Part shown: one piece after another, positions 40,455-51,937 of the stretch | Position numbering within the stretch: position 1 is the stretch's first letter | Layout: the number at the start of each line of letters is the position of its first letter | Source: Atractiella rhizophila | Lineage: Eukaryota | Reading direction: 5' to 3' | Assembly (NCBI GenBank): GCA_021432655.1 | Contig: MU271198.1 | Coordinates: forward strand, 62,001 to 126,000 | Length of the DNA stretch: 64,000 bases | Notes under the pieces: model-generated | The model's database searches: none | Seen by the model: only the letters and a program-made list of their open reading frames with translations | What the model was told of the DNA's origin: nothing | Translations under genes and position numbers: made by a program

Positions 40455-42245
40455 CTACAATTTTGCCTCGCTCTGCAGCTCCCTCAGGACTTTCTTTGCC
40501 AGGATCGCTTTCCCAACTCCCGACGCATTCTCCCGCCCCAATTGCGAAGATATCCATGCTCCCACAGCCGCAATTTCTTCCATTTTCGCTAGGCGTTTGG
40601 TATCCATCAAGATCGACTGATGACCTTCACCCTGCCTTAGCGGAGCAGGAAGGAGACCAGTGTCGTAGCCCTCTGATTCAAGGGCGTAGATGACATCTTC
40701 GCTGGCAACATTACTGCCAACAGCCGAGTTTAGTTCTTGTTTTGATAGGAGCAGAGGACGAACCCTGTCGCGCCAGGAGAGTACGGGCAACCACCTAAAC
40801 CTGCAATAGCAGAGTCGACCGTGTTAACACCAAGCTGTGACAAAGATTAAAAGTAGGCTGCCCATCTGGGATTGAGCACATACCTCGACCATGGCGAGCA
40901 CGTTTGCGATACTTGAACCGAAAGTATTGTGACAATGAGCAGCGAGTTTGGAAACGGGAACACTGCGCATGACAGTTTCTAGCATCTCTTTGCAGGCATT
41001 CGGTGTCCCGACTCCGACAGTATCACCTGCGAGCTTCGTTGTCTTCACCCTAGTGGGTAGAGGCCAAAGTGCATACCAAGAGAAACCTCGTAACACCCCA
41101 TATCGACCAGGGCTTTTGAGACTTGCTCCACGCGCTGATAGTCCACTTTTCCTTCATACGGACACCCAACAACACATGAAACGTAACCTCTCACCTTTTC
41201 TCAAAGTGAGTTTGGGGTCTTCTTCAGTAGTAAACCAAACGTACTTTCAACCCATTGTCCCTAGCTTCCTTCGCCACTTCCTGAAGTCTCTTCAAACTCT
41301 CCTCGATAGTACAATTCGTATTCGCTTTGCAAAACGATTCGGTGGCGGCCGTGAATACGGCAATCTCATCCGTGTATTTGTGAGACTCGTTCAGCTTCAT
41401 CAGGTTCTCGAGACCTTTGGAGTTGGGAACTAGAACGGGAAGAGACGTTTGGCGCTCCTGAAATAAGTTCCGAACGCGAGGGGATTGTAACACTTCGGCT
41501 GATCCTCCCTTTTACGGCTGAGACGAGTTGACTATGATGGCTAGAGCAGTCTTACCATTTGTGGTACCCACTTTGGAGATACGAATCTAGAAGAAGAGAT
41601 TTCATCAGCTGTAGGAAAGACGAAATAGATTTACACAAAACATTGAACCGCCTAGATTCTGAAGACCTCTCAAGACCTACCACAGCAGAACATGGAGTGG
41701 GGCAAACGGCTTGAGTTCTTTCAGACAAGGTCTGTGCACAGTCTTAAAACAACTTTGTGGCAAATGTCGTTTGTTTATGCGGTAGAATCCACACGGGCCT
41801 CATGGGGCTACAGAAATCGCCAACAGCTGTGCTAGTCTTCACAACTGCTTTATTCTGTTTGCATTTTCGAAGGGAAATGCATGATACTCCATTATAGTGG
41901 CAACATGTGGAGGAGTTCAATTTTCGGTACTGTAATATATGCCATGAACAAACAGAAGAGTGCCTCAAAATAATGAGCATAATATCGATGTTTCTGTTAG
42001 CTCAGTAGTTGCAGGTAGCAACTCCTTGAGTGGGAGAACACTCACGAACCAGCTTCCACACACCGAAAACCCACATCAGCAAGCCTACCGACTAGCTCAG
42101 CCTTGACATCGACGCCAATTGGTTTCTTCTCGTTCTGCAAGCCGTCCCGAGGCCCAACTTCGACAATCTTGATCTTCCGCCTGCCGTCGGTATGTAATGC
42201 TCGACGAACAATAGCGGGAGTAGCACGCAGAGATGGAGGGAGCAT
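40455..42245 (-). CDS. Hydroxymethylglutaryl-CoA lyase
   Basis: IVEVGPRDGLQNEK, EAGSFVSPKWVPQM, VLVPN, ATESFCKANTNC, CPYEG, SLGDTVGVG, HCHNTFG, GLGGCPYSPGATGNVASED; ends AKL*. Confidence 0.95.
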
Positions 42246-42773
42246 ATCTCAGCTTGTTTGATGCTTCTCTCAACACTTTGATGTTGCGGCTTCCCTTTCC
42301 CAAAATTCGGTGCCGTCCTCCCGTCCGTTATCTGTTCCTTCAAAAGTTCAAAAGCGAAAGCACTGGCAGTGACCAAAGCAGAAGAACGATAGAAAACCAG
42401 AGCAATGCTGATATCGTCCCGAACTGCTACTCACTTTTCCTTGTGATGGTCTCGCTCAGTCAGTGTCGTGTGACCGTTTGTTTGTTTCTTTTAGATGGCA
42501 TCAATGCTTGCAAGATGGAAAGCGCTTTGTCAGCTGCTTGTTTGGTTCTCATCCCTGAAGAATTGCAGAATCCCTTCTTTTTCAACTAGCGAGCGAATCT
42601 GGCTGCGATAGCTATTGGATTTTTGTGGGAAGGCATCTGCATCACAACGGCGGAGGAAGAAAATGAGGAGCACTATTGATCACGGCGACCAACAGCACGA
42701 TGTGATTGTGATGCCAGATACAGCAGCCTTGTGCCGTCATAGCATCTTCGTAGATGCTACGAATATAATCGAT

Positions 42774-43050
42774 TAGGGGTTTCAAGGGAAGTTTCAGCGG
42801 TTTGGAGGATCTGCAGTTCTCAGGGGCGTTTGATTTTAAACCCTCTTCTCAAAGTCTTGAGCAGTTGAACGATTCAGCCAAATCGGCGTACGCTTCCAAT
42901 GCCCTTTTCGTTTTCAGCGGCTTGCGTTCAGCGGTTTGGCTGCCGCTTCTCTCGCACAGCAGCAGCTTAAGCGAAATCATCGTAAGCGATTAAAGACAAA
43001 ACGCTTAGGATGAGACCTCAGTGGTCTCTGAGAGTGCCTTGAAACACCTA
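42774..43050. mobile_element. Candidate short non-autonomous TIR element (MITE), ~277 bp
   Basis: TAGGGGTTTCAAGG (42774-42787) and CCTTGAAACACCTA (43037-43050) form an inverted repeat matching 13/14 (15/16 with the flanking AT). TA lies at both outer ends, and TTCAGCGG occurs three times internally. Confidence 0.5.
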
Positions 43051-43290
43051 ATATGGTAATTTTTTCTCGCGAAGTGTGCAACCTTTATCCTAATGCTTCC
43101 AGTTGCATAATTACATTCCATGCCACTGAAACTGATTCGAGCAGAAATCAGAAAAGTACTTGTTACCCTCCCACAAACGATTGGCCAAGTGAAAGAGGTT
43201 TACATCAGTTGTATTGTAACTGCGATGCTGAAGGAACCAATGTTTGCAGTCATCGATTTCTTGCCCTCGATTTCTCCAATGTGAGGTCAT

Positions 43291-43982
43291 TAGAGAGGGT
43301 TAGGAAATTCAAAAAAGTTTCTTGAATTTTCAAATAAATTGTAAAAATGCAATAGGAATGTAGAAATACAGTCACTGAGCTTGTAGCTGCAATTCTGTTC
43401 TTGCTGTGGTTGCTGTGGACTGAGGGAGAGCTGTTTGAAGTCATGGAATTTTGAGGGGAACATAAATCACGTGCGGCACTTTCTGCGAACGACATTCACC
43501 ATCCACGATATCCACATGCCATCACGTCCAACTACAACTAGGCCAGGAGGCGTTCCAAGCCCCCCAATTATTCTCGTGAGTACTATTCTCTCCGTTGTAT
43601 GGCTACTAAAGTTTGACAGCTTCTCATGTCAAGAATATCCTCCTCTCCTGTACAACTTTCGAGTATGTTGACAATGGAAGTTCTAGCAGGGGCTTGAGAG
43701 CCAAATAGTATTCCGTGCAGGGTGGTAGAGAGCATTGGCGAAGGCATTTTGGTTGACGCTGGTTGACGTCGTGAACACTACAGGAAAAACTAGTGCACAA
43801 CTACAGCCAGATGCTGCAAGGCTGCTATATCTTCCTTAAGATCCACTCAATCGGCCTCAGAATCACTTTATAGACATCCAGGGAGCCTCAAATACCTATT
43901 AGGATATAGAAAACTATGTGTTGCAATTTTTGAATTTCCGAGTCTGAAAAAAGTCAAATTTTGAATTTCCTAACCCTCTCTA
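43291..43982. mobile_element. Candidate non-autonomous DNA transposon / MITE, ~690 bp
   Basis: Perfect 24-bp inverted repeat TAGAGAGGGTTAGGAAATTCAAAA (43291-43314) / TTTTGAATTTCCTAACCCTCTCTA (43959-43982). The outer TA could be a TA target-site duplication. Subterminal regions are AT-rich and there is no transposase ORF. Confidence 0.75.
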
Positions 43983-44370
43983 TTGGTTCCTCAAATTTCT
44001 CGTTTTTAGGAACTTTCGCATGTGATAGGATGCTGTCCATCTCGGTCCATTCCTACATCCGGACTATTCGGTCTAAGTGTCGCCTCATGTGCGGTCTCAC
44101 CATATCCGCTGAGGCAACTTTAGTAGCAGGGAAGAACATTGCTAACTACACTGCACTGAACAAAACTATTGGCACAATCGATTAGAAATGCAAAAATCGC
44201 TCGAGATTGTATCTCTTCTGCTGTTTCAAAACAGTGCCGTGAGCCCCGACGTGTATGAGGTAGTCGAAACCACACCCTGTGTCGTTATAATAAAAAGCGT
44301 TGGGCCACCACATCTCATTTGTGACTTCTTCTGTTCTGCTTACATTCTTTTCCAAATTTCCAAATTGAAC

Positions 44371-45907
44371 ATGTCCCCAACAACATCCTATATACTAGCA
44401 CTCTCCTCAATCTTCGCTCTCTCAAACGGAGCATTGACCATTAACCCCGACTTCTTCAGCTTCGGGGCTCGGTTCCAGCAGGTGCTGGTGGAAGAAAGAG
44501 TCGATCCTTTAGGCACGATTCCTGCTCGCTTAGAGAGAGTCCACAAGCTGATCTTCTTGCAGTCTCTCCAGGGAAGGTTTCCCAACACGCCCATCGTGTT
44601 CATGGTAGCTCAGCCTTCAGCTGGACCCCTCCGACTTCTGCTCAAATGCAGGCCGCGAATTGTACCACCGTAAATTTCAGCGAGGACAAGTCGTGAGTCT
44701 CTTCCTATATTCTGCGATGCCAAAGTCCTGACACTTAAGCATGGTGTATGAAGAATTTATTGGCATCCGATGCTCTATTTCTCGTGGGCTAACGGAAGTT
44801 ACACTGCTGGTCAGTCACCTCCTTTCCTCGTAGCAGAAATGTTGACTGAATAGGGGCTAATAGTGGAAGGAGGTCCGACATTCTACTACAATTGGGGATC
44901 AGAGAAACTCGTTAGGTACTCCGTCCTCCTTCCTGCCTTTCTTCGTCCGTGTCAACGTGAAGGTGGGTAGCTCCAATGTAACCGCTTTCCCAGAGAACTT
45001 CCGCATCCTAGCCGGAGATAACTCCCGTCGCACCCTGGACCAAGCCATTTTCGATTCCCGAACCGTGTATTGGACCTGTGGAAGCGACGAGACTGATTCA
45101 CCTGGGCTACCAGAGAAATATTGCAATGTCCTGTATAGCAAGATTCAACTGCCTACTTGTAAGTCATCCTTCATTCTGAAATGTCATCTGATCTCGTCCC
45201 GATTCCAAAGGTTGGGATGGAGTGAATGCATTCACAAGTGATCAATCTCATAGTGAGTACCCTTCTGTTCTTATTCCCTTCTGACTTTATCACTAGTGAC
45301 ATATGGCGCGGGTTCAAACATGAACAGGTGGATCTTCCCACTCTTTCCTGTTCAGAACACATCTGATCCCTCAATCTCTGGCTCGCTACCAGCGGAGGAA
45401 CGTGCCCTTCTTCTCATCCAGTCAAACTGCCTCGCATCTTCGCGGAGCTGAATTGGCAAACAGCTGCTTTCCAATCGTTCTGGTCCCAGGCAGCGAATCC
45501 GAAACAGCCCTTCGTCCTCGCAAACGGTGACACGACTGGATTCTCCTATCACTTCGACTTCATGGTACATATTTACATCTCCTATAATACCTCAAGACTT
45601 AACTGCCAGATGCTGATGTCTACATTAGGCAGGATGGGGTAGTACTTTGGGAAAGATGATGAATCGTTGCGGCTGGTGAGTGGTTGCACTTCGTTTCACT
45701 GTTAACGGTAATGACACAACTGGAAGTACGGACGACGAGCTTAATGCTCAAGGACTTATTGGCTGCTGCAAGGCTAAAGGAATCCTGCATGATGAGCAAG
45801 GTACTTGCAAGATCCCGCAACAGGTCGTGGAGAATGTGTCAGGAATTATTCCCAAACTGGTACTGCCTGAAACGGCCAGCAAGACCAGGAGGGAATGGAA
45901 AGCATGA
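44371..45907 (+). CDS. Secreted DUF1996-domain protein
   Basis: Signal peptide, ERVDPLVSPGKVSQHAHRVHGSSAF, CTT...EDKS.YWHP.LYF, AFPENFRILAGD, CWDG, CPSSHPVKLPRIF, FVLANGDTTGFSYHFDF..GW. Confidence 0.9.
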
Positions 45908-46378
45908 CTAGATTGTTGCCTCTCTCCCAGCTCTCACGTCGACCAATTTTTAACTGCTCAGTTAAATAATTAATGTTCTGACTTCTTTTATTGGCCTGGA
46001 ATGTGATCAGCTTGAAGTTCCTTCATGTCGCGGTAATCCTTTCGCATTGCTTCAGTTGCCAAAGTTATGTAGCTTTCGAGCCTGAGGGAGCATAGGTTGC
46101 TCTGCCTTGCTTAGAAACAAAACCGCATGTGCTTTGCAGGGCATGTGTTCGTTGTACATACAAACGAAGTTCGAGAACCCAAAACAAAACCCAATTATTG
46201 TGCGCGTTGAGCCGCGTCAAGTCACGCTTCGAACCCAGAGCCAACTTGATCGGATCGAACGTGTGGGATTCCAATCCAACGACGAAGCTGTTCGACCTTC
46301 ATCCGCTTGAGCTTCCCTTGCGCTTCTCTCAACAAAGGCGCTGCAAGGAGCTGAACAAAGGGCGAGGACGACTCACTT

Positions 46379-49300
46379 ATGCCTATGCAGACAAGGGGTC
46401 AAAAGCGCAAGGCGACGGAAGACTCCCTGTCAAAAGACGAAATCGATCATAACTCCCCTCCTGACTCTATATCGAATAAGAAACGCGCCATGTCGAATTC
46501 TGACGTGGATATGTACGAGTTTGACGAGGACGGAGATGGATATGACTTTGACGGAGACGAGGAGGATTACGAGGAGGAGGCGTATGTTCCTACTCCTGCG
46601 TCTGCGAAACCCCCAACCGGACAGACGATAGTACGGAGGAACTTTTTGGGCGATGTGGAGAGGAAGAAGCTTACACCCAGGAAGATGTACTTGCATGATG
46701 TTGGGAACTTAACGGAGCTCTTTGGAGGGAAAGAGGGGACAATTATCAAGAGTACGTTTGGCTCTTATTTATATGTGTGTTATTTGGGATAATGGTGCTC
46801 ATGAGTTTTGTGTTTTCTTCTGCCCTTTCATTCGGCGTAAGCAGATTTCAAGAAGACGGACGACAGCACCGTCACGCTCTCTATCCTCCATCCTACTTCA
46901 CCACGCCGCGGTATCTCGCTGAACCTGATAATCGACGACGTCTCCTCCTACCCTTCCTCTCACAAGACACTCGCTTACACGGACGACGAAGTCTCCTCTT
47001 CCGTTACACCCGTCATCGAATCTCTGTCTGACCTTGCGCCAGCATCATTATACGAGATTATAGGATATCTGATTGGGAGTTTGTGTCCTGAAAAGAAGGA
47101 TGTCGCTTCTCAGATGGGTTTGCCGTTTGGACCCACGAGGGAGAGCCAAGCGGCGGCAAAGGCTGCTGAAGTTACGAGCAATAAGGGGAAAGGTAAAGCC
47201 GTGGAGGAAGACGAGAGCGATACGGAGAATGACTATGAGGATGATGAGTTGTTCGGGATCAATGCAGGCCAGACAGTGCAAATTGATACGAGGATGAAGG
47301 AAGATTTACACAAGTGTGTTCTTTCAACCTTCTCTCTTCTTCAATGTGGTTGATGAAAACATTTAGAGATTTTGCTCAAATCTTCCAAGCAGGTTTCAAG
47401 CCAGGATTCACTCGCGTCTCTGAGCTTGACAATGTCGTCTCCGTTGCCGTTCCCATTTTCGCTCTTCGTATCCCACTTAATGCCTTGCAAGCATGGGACA
47501 CACGTCTGATCTCCCAAAATCACCTCTATCTCGTCCTCTTGATCAATACTGGCTCTCTCTATCCTGTGGATTTGGATAAGTACTCCAATGCCAATGTCCG
47601 TTTTGCAGTTGGCATCAGCAGGAAGTACAAGCCATCGAGGGACGCGATTGCCGTACGTCTCTTCTCCCTCTTATTATGTCATTCCCACATTTCTAACGAG
47701 AACGGTCTTGTGTGGTCAGACCGCCTTCCGTTCTCATTCAGCAATCGATTCGTATACCCAGGGAGAATTCGAGGCGTTCTCGCTTAGCAAAACATTCAAT
47801 AGTCTGTTTGAAAGGTTTCCTGAGGTTCTTCACCATAGGAGGAAGCTTTCGTTAGGATGGCCAGCTGCTGAGACGATTGCATTTGATCCAACGAGTGACA
47901 AGAACAGAATCGACCAAAAGGTCCGCATCATTTTTATCTTATCCCGTAACGTCTTCGTTTAGTACCAGAATGGGACTCATGGCAGTGTCGTGGTTGAAGG
48001 TTGCGGCGAAGCTGGATAAAGAGGAGGCGTCATTCAAGGAGAATTACAAAGTACGTGTATCCTGCAAGCTTTCTGTACGCTAGTTGACGCCAGTGTCCTT
48101 TGGTAGCTCCCTGAAGACCCTCTTGCTTTCAAGGCAACAAGCAACAACTATCCTCTCATCGCGTTCTCATATCTCGTCCGAAGATTTGTCATGTGTCCTC
48201 GCTATTGCCTGGTTCGTTTCTCTATTTTGCTCTTGTAAACGTTTCATTGAACTGGTTTTGGACTCGACGGTTTGGTTTGCAGGTATGTCATCGTGCCATC
48301 AACAGCGATATCATTGCTATGAAACCGTATATTTGCGATAACAATCTCTGTCTTTTCCAATTCATGGCCCTTGGTCTGGGCCCTTCAGGTTAGCATCCTC
48401 CCAATATATTCCCAGTACTAATGTTTGTTGGACTAGTTGAATACGAAATCAAAACCAATCCCAGTGTTGTCGACCTCCTCATCCAACTCTGCTTCTCTGC
48501 AGCACGCGAAGGCGAATTGCACGAGCTTCCCACTGGTTTAGACTTGAAAGTGCCTTTACCGGGAACAGCTTCGAAACAAGGGGATAAGCTGGTGGATTTT
48601 GACGGTTTGTCAACGATAGAATTGAAGAGATCTGCCTTAGCTAGCTTGATCATGGAACTCCCTGCTGTGCATGACATGAAGGCGTGGCTGACTGGGGAAG
48701 GAATGACGCTGGATGAGAAGAGGTTGGGGAAGAGCAGGAAGTTACAAGATATGAAGTATGGGAAGATCAACCCGTCTGCATTCAACTTGCTCAGGTATGT
48801 GAATCACCCGGTATTCCCCAGCTACATGAGACATTGATTAACGGTAGGTGGATCGTCGCTTCCAACACTTCTTATCTCCTCCCTATCGTCGATGAGGACG
48901 AGATGGTTCAGGGCGTCCCCAAGACATATAAGCAGTTCAAGTTTATAGTCGGTAGTCCGGCGAAAGAACATCTTTTGAAGAAGAACGTGGAAGCTGTCAA
49001 AGCCCGAAATGTGGCAGCTTACAAGCATCCAACTTTGTTCGGATTTCACGGGTCGTCGCTCAAGAATTGGCATTCAATTCTGCGAGAGGGACTTCACTTC
49101 CGAAAGACGACAAATGGACGAGCATTTGGAAACGGGGTTTATTTCGCCCTCGATGGAAACATCTCTGCCAACTCGTACTCACAATATGCCACTTCCACAT
49201 GGAAGAACGCTGACAATCCCCTTGCCCGAGTCTTCGCGCTCTGCGAGATCGTTAATTGCCCTAACGAATTCGTATCAAAAAGTCCCTACTTTGTCGTTGA

Positions 49301-50588
49301 CAAGGTCGATTGGATTCAGACCCGCTACCTCCTCGTGCAACCTATTTCAACACATTCTTCATACGATCCAAATCAGAGTTCAACTCCAGTGTCCGTTCGA
49401 GGTGGTCAAGGTGCGATGGATCTCCTGCCTCTTGATCCAACCTATCCGCTTCACATGTCCAACACCTCAATTCAAATTCCCAACCCCATACCCAAACTAC
49501 AACGTCTCACGGCAAAGCTTTCAGCAGGGAATGAGGAGGCTCTCACGGCGTACGATTGCGAACTCATCTTCGCCACCTTTCGACAGCAGGCAGCTCCTCA
49601 GGGACTCGTCTCTTCGACAGCGAAGAAGAAGTCGCAACCAGTGGTCGAGAAGGACGACTTTGTCCCTGCTTCCGAACAGCTCCTCAGCCTCATCCAATTG
49701 CTCCCTCCACCTAGGAACGCAAGCCCTATCTCAACCTCGACGCTCCAGAAGGAAATCAAAGCTATGATGAAGGCGCAGGCGAATTCGACCCCATCCAAGT
49801 TGGGGTTCTACTTTGATCCCGAAAGGTCGAGAGACAACCTATTCCAAGTAAGCAGGTCCTTGGACCTTAAGAATGCGCTGACGATGTATGTCCTAGTGGG
49901 TCATCGAACTAACTGGTTTTGACAAGGATTTGCCGTTGTCTAAGTGAGATCTAGCTACAACTTTGGAGCTTCACTGATTCTCTGGTTAGGGATATGAGAG
50001 ACAAGGGTGTGCAAAGTCTGTTGATGGTGAGCCTCCTGTTTGCTTTTTATCGGCGGAACTAAAGTTGTTGCTGAGTAGGAAGTTCGCTTTGCCGACAATT
50101 TTCCATTCTCCCCTCCTTTCTTTCGCATAATTCATCCACGCTTCCTACCTTTCATTCACGGTGGTGGCGGCCACGTCACGGGTAGGCCATTCTACGTCGT
50201 AACCTAGATTAAATAGCTAATAAACATTGCTTCAAGGGGGTGGAAGCCTGTGTATGGATTTATTGACCACTGATGGATGGTCGAGTATTTATCAGATCGA
50301 GGCTATTCTCCTGCAGATCCGAATGGCTATGTACGTCCTGCTCTGCTTCAAATATGTGGTGTTTGTGTTAACTTTCATCCATTAGCTCAAATCTGGAACC
50401 TCGACCTGCTCGCCTTGATCCTCAGAGATGGAATCAACGTAAGCTCACCACAGCGACTCTTGTAACAATTGACCGAGACACTGGGGGCAGCATACACAAT
50501 GTGGGAGGCCGTCCAAGGATACGAGAGAGCATGTGCTGCCCATGGTTGGCAGGTACCGCCAGAAATCAAAGCAATGAGCCGAATGTAA
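46379..50588 (+). CDS. PARP-like ADP-ribosyltransferase fused to a UBE2Q-type ubiquitin-conjugating (E2) domain
   Basis: CLVCH..I......[59 protein letters not shown]; then [43 protein letters not shown]...[10 protein letters not shown]. Confidence 0.88.
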
Positions 50589-50650
50589 AAAAAGCAGATC
50601 CTGTCAACTTGTATTCTACTGCAATGATCAAAGCATTTTGTCTATAAGCT

Positions 50651-50791
50651 TCCTTCATGCGCCAATCTGCCAGAGAGGTCAGTTTCGTGCTCGTATCAGC
50701 ACTTGGATTGCTCTGATCGGGGATACCTCCACCCTAAGGGACGTTTGAGGCAGCTAGGTGCTGAGCGGCAACAAGGGCACTGGCGTGAGGA
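50651..50791 (+). ncRNA. Candidate structured RNA (long irregular stem capped by two small hairpins), identity unknown
   Basis: Nested pairings UGCGCCA/UGGCGUG, UGCC/GGCA, UCAGCACUUGG/CUAGGUGCUGA and UUGC/GCAG. Several G-U pairs work only on the + strand. Confidence 0.35.
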
Positions 50792-50880
50792 CCAAATGAA
50801 TTTTGAAGTGCATGTGCATGGCATGAAGGCTCGACGAATACATGAGGCATAAACTGAAATCAGGAACGCAACCAGATGGT

Positions 50881-51507
50881 TTACTAGATGCAGACATGAG
50901 TGGCCAGTGTCAAATAGAGGACAGTTTGAGAGGATTCGTACCTCTGCAGCTGCACCTTTGGTCTTCGACCTGTCTTTCCTTGCCAAAAGCGCCTTCCTAT
51001 CGCATCACACCACCATAAACCCTTCCATGATCTGCAAACGAAGAAGGCTCACCTGTCACCATCAAGCTTGAGCTTCGTCATAACCACATTACTCGGGTCA
51101 ATGCCAACGTTCACAGTTGCGCCATTGACCTTCTCCCTATGTACCCTATCGACATGGATGACCCATCGCTTCCTGTAAACCTGGGTGATCTTCCCCTCCC
51201 TGCCTTTGTAGGTTCCCCTAACGATCATGACCCTATTCAACACCACACCACACCATCAACGCTAGCCATTGCAATCCAACAGGCCGAGACACGCACTCGT
51301 CATCTTTGCGAACGGGGAGAGAGCGGACGTTGTGTTTGGAACGGAGGTCTTTGGCGAGAGGAGCAGACATGCGAACCCTCCGTTCGCTGGAGGGAGCGCT
51401 GAAGTGCGCTTTTCGTGACTTTCGCCGAGAAGAAGAGACGTCTAAGTCACAATCAGCACTCAGGTTGTGGGGTGGAGGCAAGACTTACCGCGAGAGACCT
51501 TAACCAT
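50881..51507 (-). CDS. RPL26: 60S ribosomal protein L26 (uL24)
   Basis: [82 protein letters not shown]; the stop codon is probably alone in the last exon. Confidence 0.96.
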
Positions 51508-51937
51508 TGTGCCTTACCTAAATGTGGAGCCGTTTTCGAAGGAGACAAAAACAAAAGCCACAGAGTTGGGGAGTGTGTTTAAAGTTGCTCATTGTGGGAC
51601 TACCCGTGGTCCTTTCCTCGCTCGCAACTAACGATTGCACCCGCGTCTACAAGGAAGGCTGGGATTATTGTTTAGCAGTGATCTGGTTGGCCCAGGCATG
51701 CAACACAGTTGTGGAATTAGGGAGCGGCACTTTTCTGTGTGCTGTTGTGAAGCTTCTGAAACAGCTGTAGGAACGATCCACGGCACAATAATTCTTCATA
51801 TTCACCCCACACTGAACCAAGCTTGAGCTTGCTTCTCCAGAGCTCGACATCTGAATTGATGAAGGATGGAGCATAAAATCCCTTCTGTTCTGTTTTAAAA
51901 GAGTATCGTTGCTTGATCTTTCAGTCCCAATCTCAAG

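Noticed and set aside
42740..42763. Overlapping hairpins TAGCATCT/AGATGCTA and TTCGTAG/CTACGAA as a Helitron end
   Set aside because: No correctly spaced CTRR terminus or other Helitron features.
43296..43304. Telomeric repeat or telomerase template-like GGGTTAGG
   Set aside because: It is a single unit that forms part of a TIR; there is no array and no complete TAACCCTAA template.
45905..45975. DUF1996 stop lies in a TGA-CTAG readthrough context
   Set aside because: The extension (LDCCLSPSSHVDQFLTAQLNN*) has no PTS1 and the protein is secreted, so it is likely chance.
50682..50699. Hammerhead-like CTGATACGAGCACGAAAC on the - strand
   Set aside because: It lacks the G8-A9 spacing of the core and has no convincing stems I and III.
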